In this document: one piece after another, positions 12,780 to 27,110 of the stretch
Numbering within the stretch: position 1 is the stretch's first letter
How the letters are laid out: each line of letters opens with the position of its first letter
Origin: Octopus sinensis
Lineage: Eukaryota
Reading direction: 5' to 3'
Length of the DNA stretch: 64,000 bases
NCBI RefSeq assembly: GCF_006345805.1
Contig: NC_043003.1
Span: 57,722,001 to 57,786,000 of the forward strand
Notes under the pieces: generated by a model
Databases searched by the model: none
What the model was told of the DNA's origin: nothing
The model's input: only the letters and a program-made list of their open reading frames with translations
Position numbers and translations under genes: made by a program

Positions 12780-12974
12780 GCTGCAAAAGTTGTTGTTTAA
12801 TATTATTCAATTTACCCTGCAGCCATACAGCAATGTTTTGTGTCTTCATAATTAGAAAATATTGATTTCCAAAAATCTTCTTCTCTCTCTCTCTCTCTTC
12901 CTCTCTCTCCACCACCATCAACACCTCCACCCTTACCACCCACACTGTCACTGCTTTTCCAATATCAGCACCAC

Positions 12975-13005
<31 letters not shown>

Positions 13006-13685
13006 GCCATTGCCATCAAACCCCACCCCCCTTCTATCCCATCACCAATCACCGTCAGCGCCATCACTACTACCATCAACAACCGCACCAAACACACATG
13101 CTGCACTTTTCATGCTTGCATTTGCATCTCCTCACCTCCGCATACATGCACACAAGCAATCACTATTTAGTGCATATTGCATTGTTATGTCTACGGTTGC
13201 ATATCATTTGTATTCGTGTATGCGTTTGTGTTTGTGCATGTGTATGCGTTTACATATTTGTTTGTGTGTGTGTGTTTGTGTGTTTGTGTTTGTATGTGTT
13301 TATAGACATAATCTATCCTGCTGTGGTTTAATTTGGCAATTAGTTTGCATGCTTAAAATGTTGGTGTTCTTGTTATTTTAATTGCTATTTTATCCATACT
13401 AGTTGTGTGTGTGTGTGTGTCTGTGTGTCTGTGTGTCCTATTTTAAGTATTGTTGCTGTTTGGAATACTTTTATTTGTATTAAATGAATTTTCAATTTGG
13501 TTATCTACATAATACATACACCAACACACACTCACACACATAATGCAATTATACATACATGCATATGAACACACATGTGCATACATGCATATACACACAG
13601 TAATCCTCTCTTTTTGTATCGCTATTTCTATTCTCACATAAATTGGACAATAGGAAGTTTGTATAATAAATACAAATATATATAT

Positions 13686-13718
<33 letters not shown>

Positions 13719-13890
13719 TGTATATATATATATATATATTATATATATATATATATATAATATATATATAATATATATATATTTGTATATATATTTGTGT
13801 ATATGTATATATTTTGTATATATATTTGTATATATATACTTGTGTATATATATTTGCGTATATATATTTGTGTATATGTATATATATATT

Positions 13891-13943
<53 letters not shown>

Positions 13944-14680
13944 GTATATATATATATTTGTGTATATATGTATATATATATATGTGTATATGTATAAAGG
14001 ATTATGTTGACGCCAACAGAAATATCAAACAATTTTGAATATTCTATTCATGATTAAAATGCATTCATTTCTGTGTCTTTGTATATGTATTTGTGTTTCC
14101 AGAAATCGAAGGGATGAAGGAAGTGTCTTTTGCTTCTTTTCACTGCTGTGCTAAGTTCAGAATGTAAGTTCAAAGATAGACAACTACTACATGCTATACC
14201 AGAGCAGAAGTTAGCAAAATCTTAAGGCTATGTGGCATGATATGATCTTCCATCTTTTCTGCCAATAATAAAACGGAAATGTTGAAATAAAACCGAAAAA
14301 GAAACAGGGGAAATGAAAACAGGATTCTAAGGGGTCAGAGATAGAAACAGAAAGTTATGACACATGCACGCATACAGACACACACACACACACACACACA
14401 CTTAATAATGCTTATGAACAGATGCACAAGCACAGTTTTGTGTTAGTTAACTAAATGCCAAGGGAGTCTTTATGTAATTATGCAACTTGCGTATCATGGT
14501 GAGATTTTGCATAAATATACTCTGTTGTCTGAGAAGAAGGAATCCCATTCAATGATTTTTAACTTCTGTTTGTGATTCTCATTTAGTCCTAATCACCTGC
14601 TTCTGGCCTCCTCTGCTTGATTAGACCTCCCTCTCTCTCTCTTTCGGAGAGGCACAAGCACCTACACGCACATATACACA

Positions 14681-14835
14681 CATGGCAGTAACTTCCGCCT
14701 GCCGAATTCAATCACAAAGCTTCGGTCGGCTCGGGGCTATAGCAGAAGACACCTACCCAAAGTGCCACGCAGTGGGACTGAACCCGAAACCATGCAGCTA
14801 GGAAGCAAGCTCCCTAACCACACAGCCATGCCCGC
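14681..14835 (-). mobile_element. SINE family A, 5' half
   Basis: Reverse complement of the family A head. Confidence 0.85.
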
Positions 14836-14999
14836 AAAACATCCATCAATAAAGCTCTCTGACTTTTAAGGATATGTAAGCTCCGCCACTATGATCACTG
14901 TCAGAATCATTGATGGGGGAAAGCTTTGAGAAATTTTGGCCATTATCAGCCCAAGCACCATCTGCTGGTGTCTTGAAACACATATTTTGTTGATATCAT

Positions 15000-15160
15000 A
15001 GTCCACTTGAGATAGGGAGTTGTTGGCCAAAGTTCATCTGAGTGTTAGAGATTTGTTTGGTGTTTCTGGAAAGGAATTTGTCCAGTTACTGTTTAAATAT
15101 TATGGTACCTTTTTTCACACCTGATTTCATCCTGGATAATGCTGAATAAAGTAGGACCAG
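15000..15160 (-). mobile_element. Decayed CR1/L2-like LINE C-terminal fragment
   Basis: Frameshifted translation GPTLFSII..EIR / IFKQ*LDKFLSR / NNSL resembles the C-terminus of CR1/L2-group ORF2. Confidence 0.45.
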
Positions 15161-15339
15161 TTGAATTAAAAACAGTCATGTCACAATGTTGTTGAATAAA
15201 CACGCACGTGCACGCGCACACACACACACACACTGTATTTTTTGGCATATAAGATGTTTTTCTATTTTTAAATACATCCTAAATTTACCCCTTTGTAGAT
15301 TAGGGATCCAGATAAGCATAAGGTCTCTGGGCACAATAA

Positions 15340-15562
15340 TCATTACTAATGGTAAAATATTGATTTCAAAATTTTGCACAAGGCCAGCAATTTTGGGGGA
15401 GTACTTTAACCCCAGTACTCAACTGGTTGGTACCTATTTTATTGACCCTAAAAAGATGAAAGGCAAAGTCAGCCTCAGCAGAATTTGAACTCAGAACATG
15501 AAGACAGACAAAATGCCTCTAAAGCATTATGCCCGGCATGCTAACGATTCTGCCAGCTTCCT
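15340..15562 (-). mobile_element. SINE family C
   Basis: Reverse complement of GCTGGCAGAATCGTTAGC..GTTCTGAGTTCAAATT..TTTCATC..GGGGT. Confidence 0.85.
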
Positions 15563-16344
15563 ACCTCTAGTAATAATAAGATATTGAAAACAAACCAAAA
15601 TACTACAGTCTGTTATCAGAAACTTATGAAAAATTACTGGAGAGATCAAATCTCATTATATGTCCTTCCTCAACATACATAATCCGCACTTATGTGTCTT
15701 ACATTATTTAATGGCTGTGTTACCTTTAAGAAACATTTTTAAAAATTAAATTCAAATTACAATGAAAGTAAACAAAGTTTGCTTTAGAAGCTTTGAGATG
15801 TATTGAAAGATAAAAAAATAATTTTATTCTCAAACGCAGGATAATGCTAATAATGAAACATGAACAGGATAAACTACCCATATTTTGCAGAAATTTCTCA
15901 AGCCTATCAGTTATCTGCAATGAGTGGATGATACCATTATACCAGAAGTGTGTAACTTTGGTGGCAGATTGCAGTAACACAAAACATCACAGTGAAAAAT
16001 ACAAGATTTTACATCCTGTATGGTAGTTCTCTTGACCAGCAACTTACAGTTGATCTTAAGATAACATTGAAATGCAATGTTCCATATTATGAATTTTACA
16101 TATGATCAATTTATGCCTTCATACCTTATACTAGTATGCTGTTGCAAAATTATATTTACATACACAAAAATCATACATTTACCCCTTCAAAAGCACTGTG
16201 ACGTTATTTTTTAAATAGGTGATTGATGAAATGTACCAAATTTGTTTCTTTTTTTTTTTCAACAAGATACACTTGTACAATCAGGTTGCACCATATGCAA
16301 GACTTGCATCTTGTATGCCAGCAAAAACAATATATATTACTTAT

Positions 16345-16525
16345 ATCATCATCATCATCATCATCATTTAACATTTGTTTTCCATGCTGGCATGAGTTAG
16401 ATGGTTTGATAAGAGGCGGTAAACCAGAAGGAACCTGTACCAGGTTCCAATCGTTTGTTTCTATGGCCAGTTGAATGCCCTTCCTAAAGCTATCCAATTT
16501 TAAGTGGCACTAGCACATGTACCTT
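16345..16525 (-). mobile_element. Family B retroposon, 3' part
   Basis: (ATC)n + TTTAAC..TTTCCATGCTGGCATG..GCCCTTCCTAA. Confidence 0.8.
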
Positions 16526-16587
16526 TTCACATTGTGAAAATACCAACGATATCCTTTCGAAGAGATATGTAGAATAATAATAGAGAT

Positions 16588-16961
16588 AGGCGTAGAAGTG
16601 GCTGTGTGGTAAGTAGCTTGCTTACAAACCACATGGTTCCGGGTTCAGTCCCACTGTGTGGCACCTTGGGCAAGTGTCTTCTACTATAGCCTCAGGACGA
16701 CCAAAGCCTTGTGAGTGGATTTGGTAGACAGAAATTGAAAGAAGACCGTCGTATATATGTGTTTGTGTATATGTTTGTGTGTCTGTGTTTGTCCCCCCAA
16801 CATCGCTTGACAACCGATGCTGGTATGTTAACGTCCCCATAACTTAGCAGTTCAGCAAAAGAGACCGATAGATTAAGTACTAGGCTTACAAAGAATAAGT
16901 CCTGGGGTCGATTTGCTCAACTAAAAGGCAGTGCTCCAGCATGGCCAAAGAGTAAAAGAGT
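16588..16961 (+). mobile_element. SINE family A, full length with 16-bp target-site duplication
   Basis: TSD ATATGTAGAATAATAA at 16565-16580 and 16962-16977. Confidence 0.93.
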
Positions 16962-17506
16962 ATATGTAGAATAATAAACACCAAGCAAGGCAAATGTATA
17001 ATGTGTCTTCCATTTTATTCATTCAATTCATTATCTTTTCCTTCTGATTTTTCTTCTTCTTCTTCAAAATGAAGACATCATGAAATAATAAATGGCATAA
17101 AATTAAAAAGAAATAATAATAAAAGTAAACAACAACAATAATAATAAAAATTTACAGTTTACCAACGGGTTAAATTAAAATATTGGACTATTTCCAATAG
17201 TTTTGCTATGCTGTACCCGCCACATGAAAAGATGATGATAATAACGATAACTATCTCTAAAAGCTGAACTAAAGGAAGAAAGCAAGTCAGGCCGTTAAAA
17301 AGCTTGTGGTTCAAATATTGGCCATGTCAAATGAAATAACCTTTGTGACTCTATTAGATTCATCTCCTTCCACTGCTACTCTTGCCTGGCTGACAAATAA
17401 CGTCAGCTTTGACAGACCATAACAATACTAGCTAATTTGTCACTTCTCTCTCTCTGTCTCTGTCTTCTTCCATAGACTCAACATAGTCCTTCCCCCTCTC
17501 TTATTG

Positions 17507-17537
<31 letters not shown>

Positions 17538-17715
17538 GTTGATGTCTCCTTTTTCTGTCTTGACTGTCTTTCTCTCGTACAGGGTCATTTCTTCCTTATC
17601 TGTTTTCATAAGTAACTTACACTCTCTCTGAGTTCGGTTGGTTGCTCTCCATGTTGTATCTTCCTTAACAAACCATTGACTCTTTTCTCCGTTTTCTGTC
17701 TTCTTCAACAAGTCA

Positions 17716-17788
<73 letters not shown>

Positions 17789-19209
17789 CTCCTTTCTGTC
17801 TTTGACACACCAATATTTCTTTCCTCTTTCCTCTATTATCCATTTTCTTCAACAAACTGTCGATTTCTCTCCCTCTCCTCCCCCTCTCTCTCTCTCTATC
17901 ATCTTCGACAAACCATCATCTCTCTCTTCCTTTCCTTTTCTCCCCTCAACAAAAAACATTGCCCCCCCTCTCTCTTTGCTTTCTGGTCAGTCAATTTAGC
18001 TGGTCAATCAATGGTGCTTATTTATATTTTTATAAATTTATATACATTATTGTTTTTCTTTTCATTTTATTTTTAGCTTTATATTTATTAATTTTTTTTT
18101 TTGTCGATTTATTTATATACTTTGCTGTCATTTTGGTCTTCTACTGTGCAGCTTCTCAGCAGCTAATTCCAAGAGTCAGCCACTCAATGTCTGGAAACTT
18201 TCCATTCTTCACTGAAAACCCAAAACTCACATACATATACATACACACATACACATATATATATATATATATAATTCATATTTTTCTCTCCTTTCTCTGC
18301 TTCATTGAATATGTGATTTTGTTGGATTGCAATCAAAGAGTTTCTTCGCTTTTTTTTTTCCTTCTTTTATTGTTCTCCCCACTTTTCTTCCTTCCTTCCT
18401 TCTTTCTTTAATTTCTCTCTTTCGGTTTAACCTTTCGCTTCATATTCTTCATTCTCTTCCTTTCCTCTCCATTCCCATCTTCTTCCTTCTTTCACAATCC
18501 TCTCACAGTTCAAACTACCTGTAGCATCATTAGCTGAAACTTTTGTACCAATGATATATACAGCTTTTATTGAGATCTCACCAAGTGTACGTTATATATA
18601 TAATGTACAATATACATACATTCATATATGCACGTGTCTATGCATATAGGCAAACATACACTCACTCACAGTCACATATATATACACATACACATGTGTA
18701 TAGGTATTTATGTATGTATGTATGTAATGCTTGTATGGTGTGTGTGTGTGTGTGTGTTCTCAAGACACAAATCAAACATCAAAATACATTCTGATGTAAA
18801 TAGCAATGGAGGTAATAGGTGTGTGTGTGTGGGTGTGTTTATATACATGCATACATGTTCTCTCTATGTATATGTGTGTAATTATATATGTATATGTGTG
18901 CGTATGTTTGTGTGTATGAATATAGCTGCATGTATATGTGTGTGTGTGTGTGTGTGTCTATATGGATATATATGTATAATTTCCATGTTACTGCAATTTA
19001 AATGTTGTAAGTTGTGCAGTCATCTGTCACGACAGCATGCTTCATTGATTTCTGATCTTCACGCTTCACCAATTTGATCTCGTAAACTATTTTACATTGG
19101 AAATCATAGACACACACACACACACACATATTCATACATGCGTGCACGTATGTGTGTATACAACCTAAACTGCAGTAATGATAATGATGATGCTCATAAT
19201 AATAATAAC

Positions 19210-19253
<44 letters not shown>

Positions 19254-20045
19254 TAGCGAGAAGAAGGAAATAAGATTTATTTACCATTCTGATAAGCACC
19301 GATTTAGTTTCATTTTTAATGCGGAATTATAAACAAAGAGCAGTTTTAAAGAAATAAATATAATAATAATAATAATGATAATGATGATAAGTGAAATTGT
19401 AATGTTAATAGTGTGATGCAGCAATTAGAATTTTTTTCTGCTTGAAGTAGAAAGTGTGTATATATGTAAATTTGTATATGGAATATATATGCACATACAC
19501 TCATGCATACATACACAGACGCTTCGTAGGCAAAGCAAGTTTCAAACGTATTATATATTAGGCAGCCAAATAAAATCATGAAGCTCATAACATGTACACG
19601 CTTGCAACTATATACAATTGTGTGTGTGTATGTGTGTGCATGTTTTTGTCTTAACATTGTGCAATGATTCTAGACAAGTCCCACCCACTGTCACACTGGC
19701 GATGTTGTTTGTATCCAGTCTTACATGAAAGGAAACGACCATCCATGGGAATATATTATGTTGTTTTGAAATCAGTGAGTTTTTGGCAGCTGGGACAGGG
19801 TCAATCCATTTGACCCATCCAAGCTTGGAAAAGTCAATATTAAAACAATGGCAAATATAGAATCAGTCATCTATGAGTTATGAAAAGCATGCTCTCACTT
19901 ATTGGTCAATAGAGTGGCTATATTCACCTTGTGGAACTATATTTTTACCAGTCTCTCTGATGAGTGCTGAGTTTGGTTTCTTTTTTTTTCCAACTTTCAT
20001 GTGCGAAACTGATTGCTAGAGTTAGCTAAAATGGATGTATAACAC

Positions 20046-20109
<64 letters not shown>

Positions 20110-20477
20110 ATAAACGGAGAGTTTGAATACAGCCCAATCCACTCTCCATTTTCTTATAATATATTATCATACTGTTAAATTTGTGTTTACATATATTGAA
20201 TCAAATGGAAACATCTATATGGACTACAGGAATTCCAAAGTGTGTATAGGTCTAGTGTCCAATAAATACTAATACCAACACTAGACAATCAAATTCCAAT
20301 AAATTCAAAGATATATGGATGACCTGGAAGAAGATTGGATGTAAGACATCCTTGAACGAGCGGTCACTTTCTTTACTGAACCCCATATACATATCATTGC
20401 TATTGTGTTGAACTGTCATATGTCCAAATTTGGCCAAATGCGGTTTTTTTTTTTTTTTCAATATTTATTTTTTATTC

Positions 20478-20691
20478 AGGCAGTGAACTGGCAGAAACAT
20501 TAGTACACCAGGCAAAATGCTTAGCAGTATATCGTCTGTCTTTAAGTTCTGAGTTCAAATTCCACCGAGGTTGACTTTGCCTTTCATCCTTTCGGGGTCA
20601 ATAAATTAAGAACCATATGCATACTAGGGTCAATCTAATCAACTGCACCCACCTCCCAAAAACTTCGGGCCTTGTGCCTAGAGTAGAAAAG
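20478..20691 (+). mobile_element. SINE family C with 13-bp TSD
   Basis: TSD AATATTTATTTTT at 20460-20472 and 20692-20704, plus B box GAGTTCAAAT. Confidence 0.88.
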
Positions 20692-20884
20692 AATATTTAT
20701 TTTTGCCTGCAATAGCCTGTTCTTTTGGTCAAACTATCGTATCTCCAGTTGCTTCAGATGCCAAGATATCAAAAATTGTTAAAATGTAGTACAACGGTTT
20801 CGCTATGGAATGGTGAAACTGTTTTATCATTTTCTAAAAAAAAGCAATGTTTTGGACTTATGACACTTGTGGATAATAGCAACG

Positions 20885-21020
20885 ATTGGCATTATGAAGG
20901 GCATCCAGCTGTAGAAACATTGCCAGATCAGATTGGAGCCTTCTGGCTCACCACCCCTCAGTCAAATCGTCCAACCCATGCCAGCATGGAAAGTAGATGT
21001 TAAACAACGATGATGATGAT
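20885..21020 (+). mobile_element. Family B retroposon, 3' part
   Basis: GGGCATCCAGCTGTAGAAAC..AACCCATGCCAGCATGGAAAG..TAAAC(GAT)n. Confidence 0.85.
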
Positions 21021-21231
21021 AAGTATACACATAAACATATATATAAGTGTATATATATATATATAATATATATATATACACATACACACATACATACATA
21101 TGTGTATATACACTTAAATGTATATGTATGTATACGTATATATATACGCACACACATATGTACGTGTGTATGTATGCACTTATGTATTTATGTGTACATA
21201 AATGCATACATATATATTCATATATACATAT

Positions 21232-21267
<36 letters not shown>

Positions 21268-21574
21268 TAGGCACAGAGACACTATCTTTACATATATACA
21301 CACATGCACACTGACACAGCCATCCATGATTGCAACACCCATCACCCTCCATGCGTCTTATACAGTGAAATCCAATGCAAATTGTTTAAACAGATTCTCA
21401 AATGATAATGCTTCCAAATATAAGACATATTAATATTCATGTTGTCTTGGAATTGGCTTTTTTTTTATTATTTTAATTTTTTTCTTCTTTTTTTTGCTTG
21501 TTCCTTTATTGCCAAAGATTTAGTTTACTTCCCATTTCTTACCCAAATAGTGAGAAGAACCGTTTCGCATTCAC

Positions 21575-21660
21575 CACCACAACCACCACCTCCAACATCA
21601 TCATCACCATCATCATTATTATTATTACTGTTGTTGCTATTGTTGTTGTTGTTATTATTA

Positions 21661-21754
<94 letters not shown>

Positions 21755-21755
21755 C
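21575..21755. repeat. (ACC)/(ATC)/(GTT)/(ATT)n compound trinucleotide array
   Basis: Direct inspection. Confidence 0.95.
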
Positions 21756-22310
21756 AGAGCTATAATTGTTTGTTGTTGCATTTATTTTTTTATATACATA
21801 TACACATACACAAAAAATCTTTTTAATGGTCTTTAAGACAAGACTAGTCAAGATTGAGTTATTTCTCAATCTCTTTGTTTCTGCCATCTTCTCTCAACTC
21901 TCCCACCCACCCTCTCTCTCTCTCTCCACCTCTCCACCTCTCCATAGTGTGATCTTTGTTGATATCTCTATGATTTCTATCACCTATTTAGACAAAGATG
22001 GTAAAAGTTTGCTCTAAGTAGATTGTCAAAATGTGGTGGTTGGATGGTTGTGTGTGTGTGTGTGTCTGTCTGATTTTGTGAGCATGTGTTTCTGTGTGTG
22101 TGTGTGTCTGAGTAACGAGATGCGTGTACATATGTATAACACAGTGCTGCATGTGTATATGTATATATATATATATATACACACCCGTATATAAATGTAC
22201 CATACACCTATATCTAGAAAGATCTACTTACACATGTGCATATGAATGCATGTCTATATGTGTGTGTATATATGTAGATGTATTTAAACATATGTACATA
22301 TATATATGTA

Positions 22311-22351
<41 letters not shown>

Positions 22352-22435
22352 TATGTATGTGTGTGTGTGCATTGATATATGCATATATATATCTATATAT
22401 ATATATATATATCTATATATATATATATATTATAT

Positions 22436-22501
<66 letters not shown>

Positions 22502-22811
22502 CGTGTATCGATATATGTCTATATACATACATCTATATGTGTTTGTGTGTGTGTGTATCTGTTTATGTGTTATATATATATGTATGTGTATATATATATA
22601 CTTGCATGCATATAGTTACATGTGTGTATATTTGAGATTCTTCAATTTCTGTTCCACTTTTCTTTTTTTACGTAACCATTTGCGTAGCTCTAATTTAATT
22701 TAATTTCATTTATTTTGAATTTGTTAGTCAACCCTTTTTTTGTGATAAATGCCTCATGTTGTTTATGTGAATTTAAGAGGTGTGATGTGAAGCACATGTG
22801 TATCTCTCTAC

Positions 22812-22878
<67 letters not shown>

Positions 22879-22924
22879 TAATCTCACTATCTTAATCATA
22901 TATCTATTTATGTATGCATGTATG

Positions 22925-23300
<376 letters not shown>

Positions 23301-23884
23301 TAACCACACCTGCACATGCACACACACACACACGCACACACACACACACGCACACAGACACACACACACTAATACATGTATTAACCTATCACTGCTTTCA
23401 GAACTTTCTGATATTTTTATTTATTTATTTTTTTTTTAGAAAAGTGAGTTTTCATTTTCTGTTTCTTTCTGACTGACATTTTTTTCCCCATTTTCTTTCA
23501 TTTTTTTTCTTTGTTTTTTTTTTTTTTTTTTAATTCTCTTCCCAGTTATTGTCATGAAATTTCAGTGTTTCTTTTGTGTATATGTGTGTGTTTTCCTGCT
23601 CAATGGCGTGTGTGTGTGTGTGTGTTTTTCTGTTCACTTTGTATGTTTTCCTTTATTTTATTTTTTTTTTCTAATTATATTTTATTAAATCTGCTCCACT
23701 TACTGTGAATGAATACTTCAGTACAGTTAGCACTAATTGTATTGTGAATAAGCAAAATGTTTGAATCTTTCTTGAATAAAAGACAGCCTTTACATTATCC
23801 ACCCATGGTTAACCCTTTGCTGGTCTTGTGTATCATGTGTGACAAACAAAACATATGTCACCCCCCCCCCGGTGTCCATGTATC

Positions 23885-24457
23885 CTTTATCTTTTGTGGG
23901 TTTCAGTCACTATACTGTGACCAGGCAGGCACCTCCATGAATTTTCAGTGGAATGAATTAACCCCCCCCCCCCCCCAGTATTATTTTTTAAGCCTGGCAC
24001 TTATTCTATCGGTCTTCTTTGCTGAACCACTATGTTATGGGGATATAAATGCGACAACACCAGTTGTCAAGTGGTGATGAGGGGACAAAAACACACACAC
24101 ACACAAAGCACACACATATGGTGGTGCCCCAGCATGGCCACAGCTCGTGAGCTGAAACTAGATAAAATAAGATAAAATAAAAAGAAATTAAATTAAAATA
24201 TATGATGGGCTTCTTTCACAAATGGCAGTGCCCCAGCATGGCCACAGCTCGTAAGCTGTAACTAGATAAAATAAGATAAGAAAAAAAAAATTAAATAAAA
24301 ATATACGATGGGCTTCTTTCAGTTTCTGTCTACCAAATCCACTCACAAGGTTTTGGTCAGCCTAAGGCTATAGTAGAAGGGGCCACGCAGTAGGACTGAA
24401 CCTGGAACTAAGGTGGTTGGGAAGGAAACTTCTTACCACACAGCCACTCCTGCACCT
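23885..24457 (-). mobile_element. SINE family A, interrupted by a duplicated opposite-strand SINE tail
   Basis: Tail at 23885-24100, head at 24305-24457, insert at 24118-24321. Confidence 0.85.
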
Positions 24458-24517
24458 ATCATATAAGACCCCTTTTTTCTTTCTTTAGGTTTCATGTCCA
24501 GAATGTTGGACATAGAC

Positions 24518-24740
24518 CAGTTGCTCTCAACTGGAGTCTATATGGCCCCTAAGGTTCATTATAAGATTTTTAGGGGTCCATGCAACAAAATAGCAAATTG
24601 AGGATCCACAATGGTATTTTAAGGACCCTTGAAAAAATTTTGCTATAGATGTATGGTATTGATACATATTGCAAGAAACAGCTTGGTTTCTGTCTGTAAT
24701 GTTTTATATTGGTCAACCTACGTGAGTCAATGTCGGAAAA
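24518..24740 (+). mobile_element. hAT-like MITE fragment
   Basis: It starts CAGTTGCTCTCAACT, resembling the CAGTGGTTTTCAACC TIR at 42667. No right TIR is seen. Confidence 0.45.
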
Positions 24741-25770
24741 GCAAAATAAGAATTTTGAAAGAAGCTTCTATAAAACTAGTTTGAATATAAGTACTAGGCT
24801 TACAAAGAATAAGTCCTGGAGTTGATTTGCTTGACTAAAGGCGGTGCTCCAGCATGGCCGCAAAAGAATAAAGGAATATATATCATCATCATCATTTAAT
24901 GTCTTTTTTCCATGCTGGCATAGGCTGGGCAGTTTCTTAACTAGCACACACTGTGTGTGTGTGTGTGTGTCTTTCTCTCTCTCTCCCTTACACACACACA
25001 CACACACACTGGCATTGCAAACTCTGTGGTCAACTGAAGCTTCTGAATGCTTGCTCACCTTGCGGCTGACCCTCACCTGGACAATGAACAACAGATTGAC
25101 CCATCAAATAGATAATACAATACCTGTCTTTTTAAAACAGTTTTCCTACTTCATTTCATTCATCCCCTTTTCTTCCCCCCTCCCCCACCACTACTCATTC
25201 CCCTTATTTTGTTTTTATTTCTGAAAGAAAATAGAAAACACTAACAGAACCAACTAAAATACTTCCTCTCCTTCCAACTCTTCTGTACTGGGCTTTTCTT
25301 TTCCCCCCTTTTTTTTAAAATTTTATTTTTGTGTGTGTGGGCTTGTTATTCTAAATTGTGGAATTTTCTCCTTTTGTGTATTCACAAGGTGACACAAAAT
25401 AAGGGAGTCCAGCTTTACAACAAGTTGTCACAATTTGTTGACATGAGGGGGACAGGGAGTAATGGTCATTTATTGTCCATTCTTTGTTTTCATATTTATT
25501 TAGTATTTTTTAAAATTTATTATTTCTTTCACTTCATAGATTTCTGTGAGCTTGGAATTTTTATCCTTTAAAATATGTTTATTCAACTGATTTTCACTGA
25601 AATCCCTTCATACATTCAGCTTGTATCTGTTGGGAGCTTTTATTACTAATATTATCAGCATTTTCTTTTCTTTAATTTTTTTTTCATTATTTCATTATAT
25701 GTAAACCCTAACGCTTTATGTCTGTCTTTGTACTATCCCCTCATCCTTTGTCCTTGTGGCAAATAAATGA

Positions 25771-25816
<46 letters not shown>

Positions 25817-26242
25817 GTTGTTGTTGATGTTGTTATCATTATTATTAGTAAAGTGAGGTTGAAGAAGGAAGTTTTCTCTCTCTCCTTGAAAATTTGTGAA
25901 GAAGATAGGTGACTGCTATGACAATGCTTAGAGTGAATGGACCTACCCTGAGCATGCACCTGTAGATTGGCAAACAATGATGGGGGTTAGGGCTTGTACT
26001 TTTGGTGGTCAAAGCAATCCCGAATCTGCTGCAGGGGTTCCTTGATTGACCTAAGCTGGAGGTCTTTCTGTATCAGGAGGCCTGCATCATTCATGTGTCC
26101 AAGGAACTTTGTATACTTTTAGTCCATTTCTTTTCCCTTCCTTTCCACCCGTTTTTCATGTGAATACCCATATGAATGTCTCCCTCATTTGATGCTCCTG
26201 TGGCAACTCAAAGAAATCATCACCACCATCATCATCATCATC

Positions 26243-27110
26243 AAGATGGCAAGCTGGCAGAACCATTAGCACCCTGGGCAAAATGCTTAGCAGTATTTCA
26301 TTCGTTTTTACGTTCTGAGTTCAAATTCTGCCAAGTTTGTCTTTGCCTTTCATCCTTTCAGGGTTGATGAAATAAATACCAGTTTTGTAAGGGGATTGAT
26401 GCAATCAACAAGTTCCCTGCCCCAAGCTTTCAAGCCTTTTGCTTATAGTAGAAAGGAATTATGAATTATTATTCATTAAATCATTGCACAAAAGGCTTCG
26501 CCATATGTCTTCTGGCTCAAATTCAGTCATTGTTAATTTTGCTTTTCATTCCCCTGGGGGTTGATAAAATGAAATACTAGTCAAGTACTGTGATCCATTT
26601 AATCACCTAAACTTTCCCATCAAATTTCAAGTCTTTTGTCCTTGCTAGAAAGAATTATATTGGACTTGATTATATCAGCTACCTGGCTCTTCTCAAAATT
26701 ACAGGTTTTGTGCCTATTATTAATTATTAAAGTAGAATCATTAGCACAATTCCTCTGAATTATGAGATCAAATCCTGAGATCAAATTCTGAGATCAAATC
26801 CCACTGAAGTCAGTTTTACCTTTCGTCATTTTGGAGTCAATAAAATAAGTACCAGTTGAGCACTGGGGTCTATGTAATTGACTTCAATTGCTGGCCTTGT
26901 GCCAGAATTTAAAACCCTTATTAAGGCAGAATCATTGGCATAGTTTTTCCAGCTCTTTACATTCTGTGTTCAAACCCCACTGAGGTTAGCTTTGCATTTC
27001 ACCCTTTCAGAGTCGATAAAATAAGGTACTAGTCAAGTATTGGGACCACTGTAATTGACTAAGTCCCTCCTTTCAAAATTCCTGGCCTCGTGCCAAAATT
27101 AGATAGAACT
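26243..27110 (+). mobile_element. Head-to-tail cluster of four to five SINE family C copies or fragments
   Basis: Repeated GCAGAATCATT..TCAAA..TTTCA..GATAAAAT..AGTACC..CTGGG modules at about 26243, 26460, 26730 and 26922. Confidence 0.8.
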
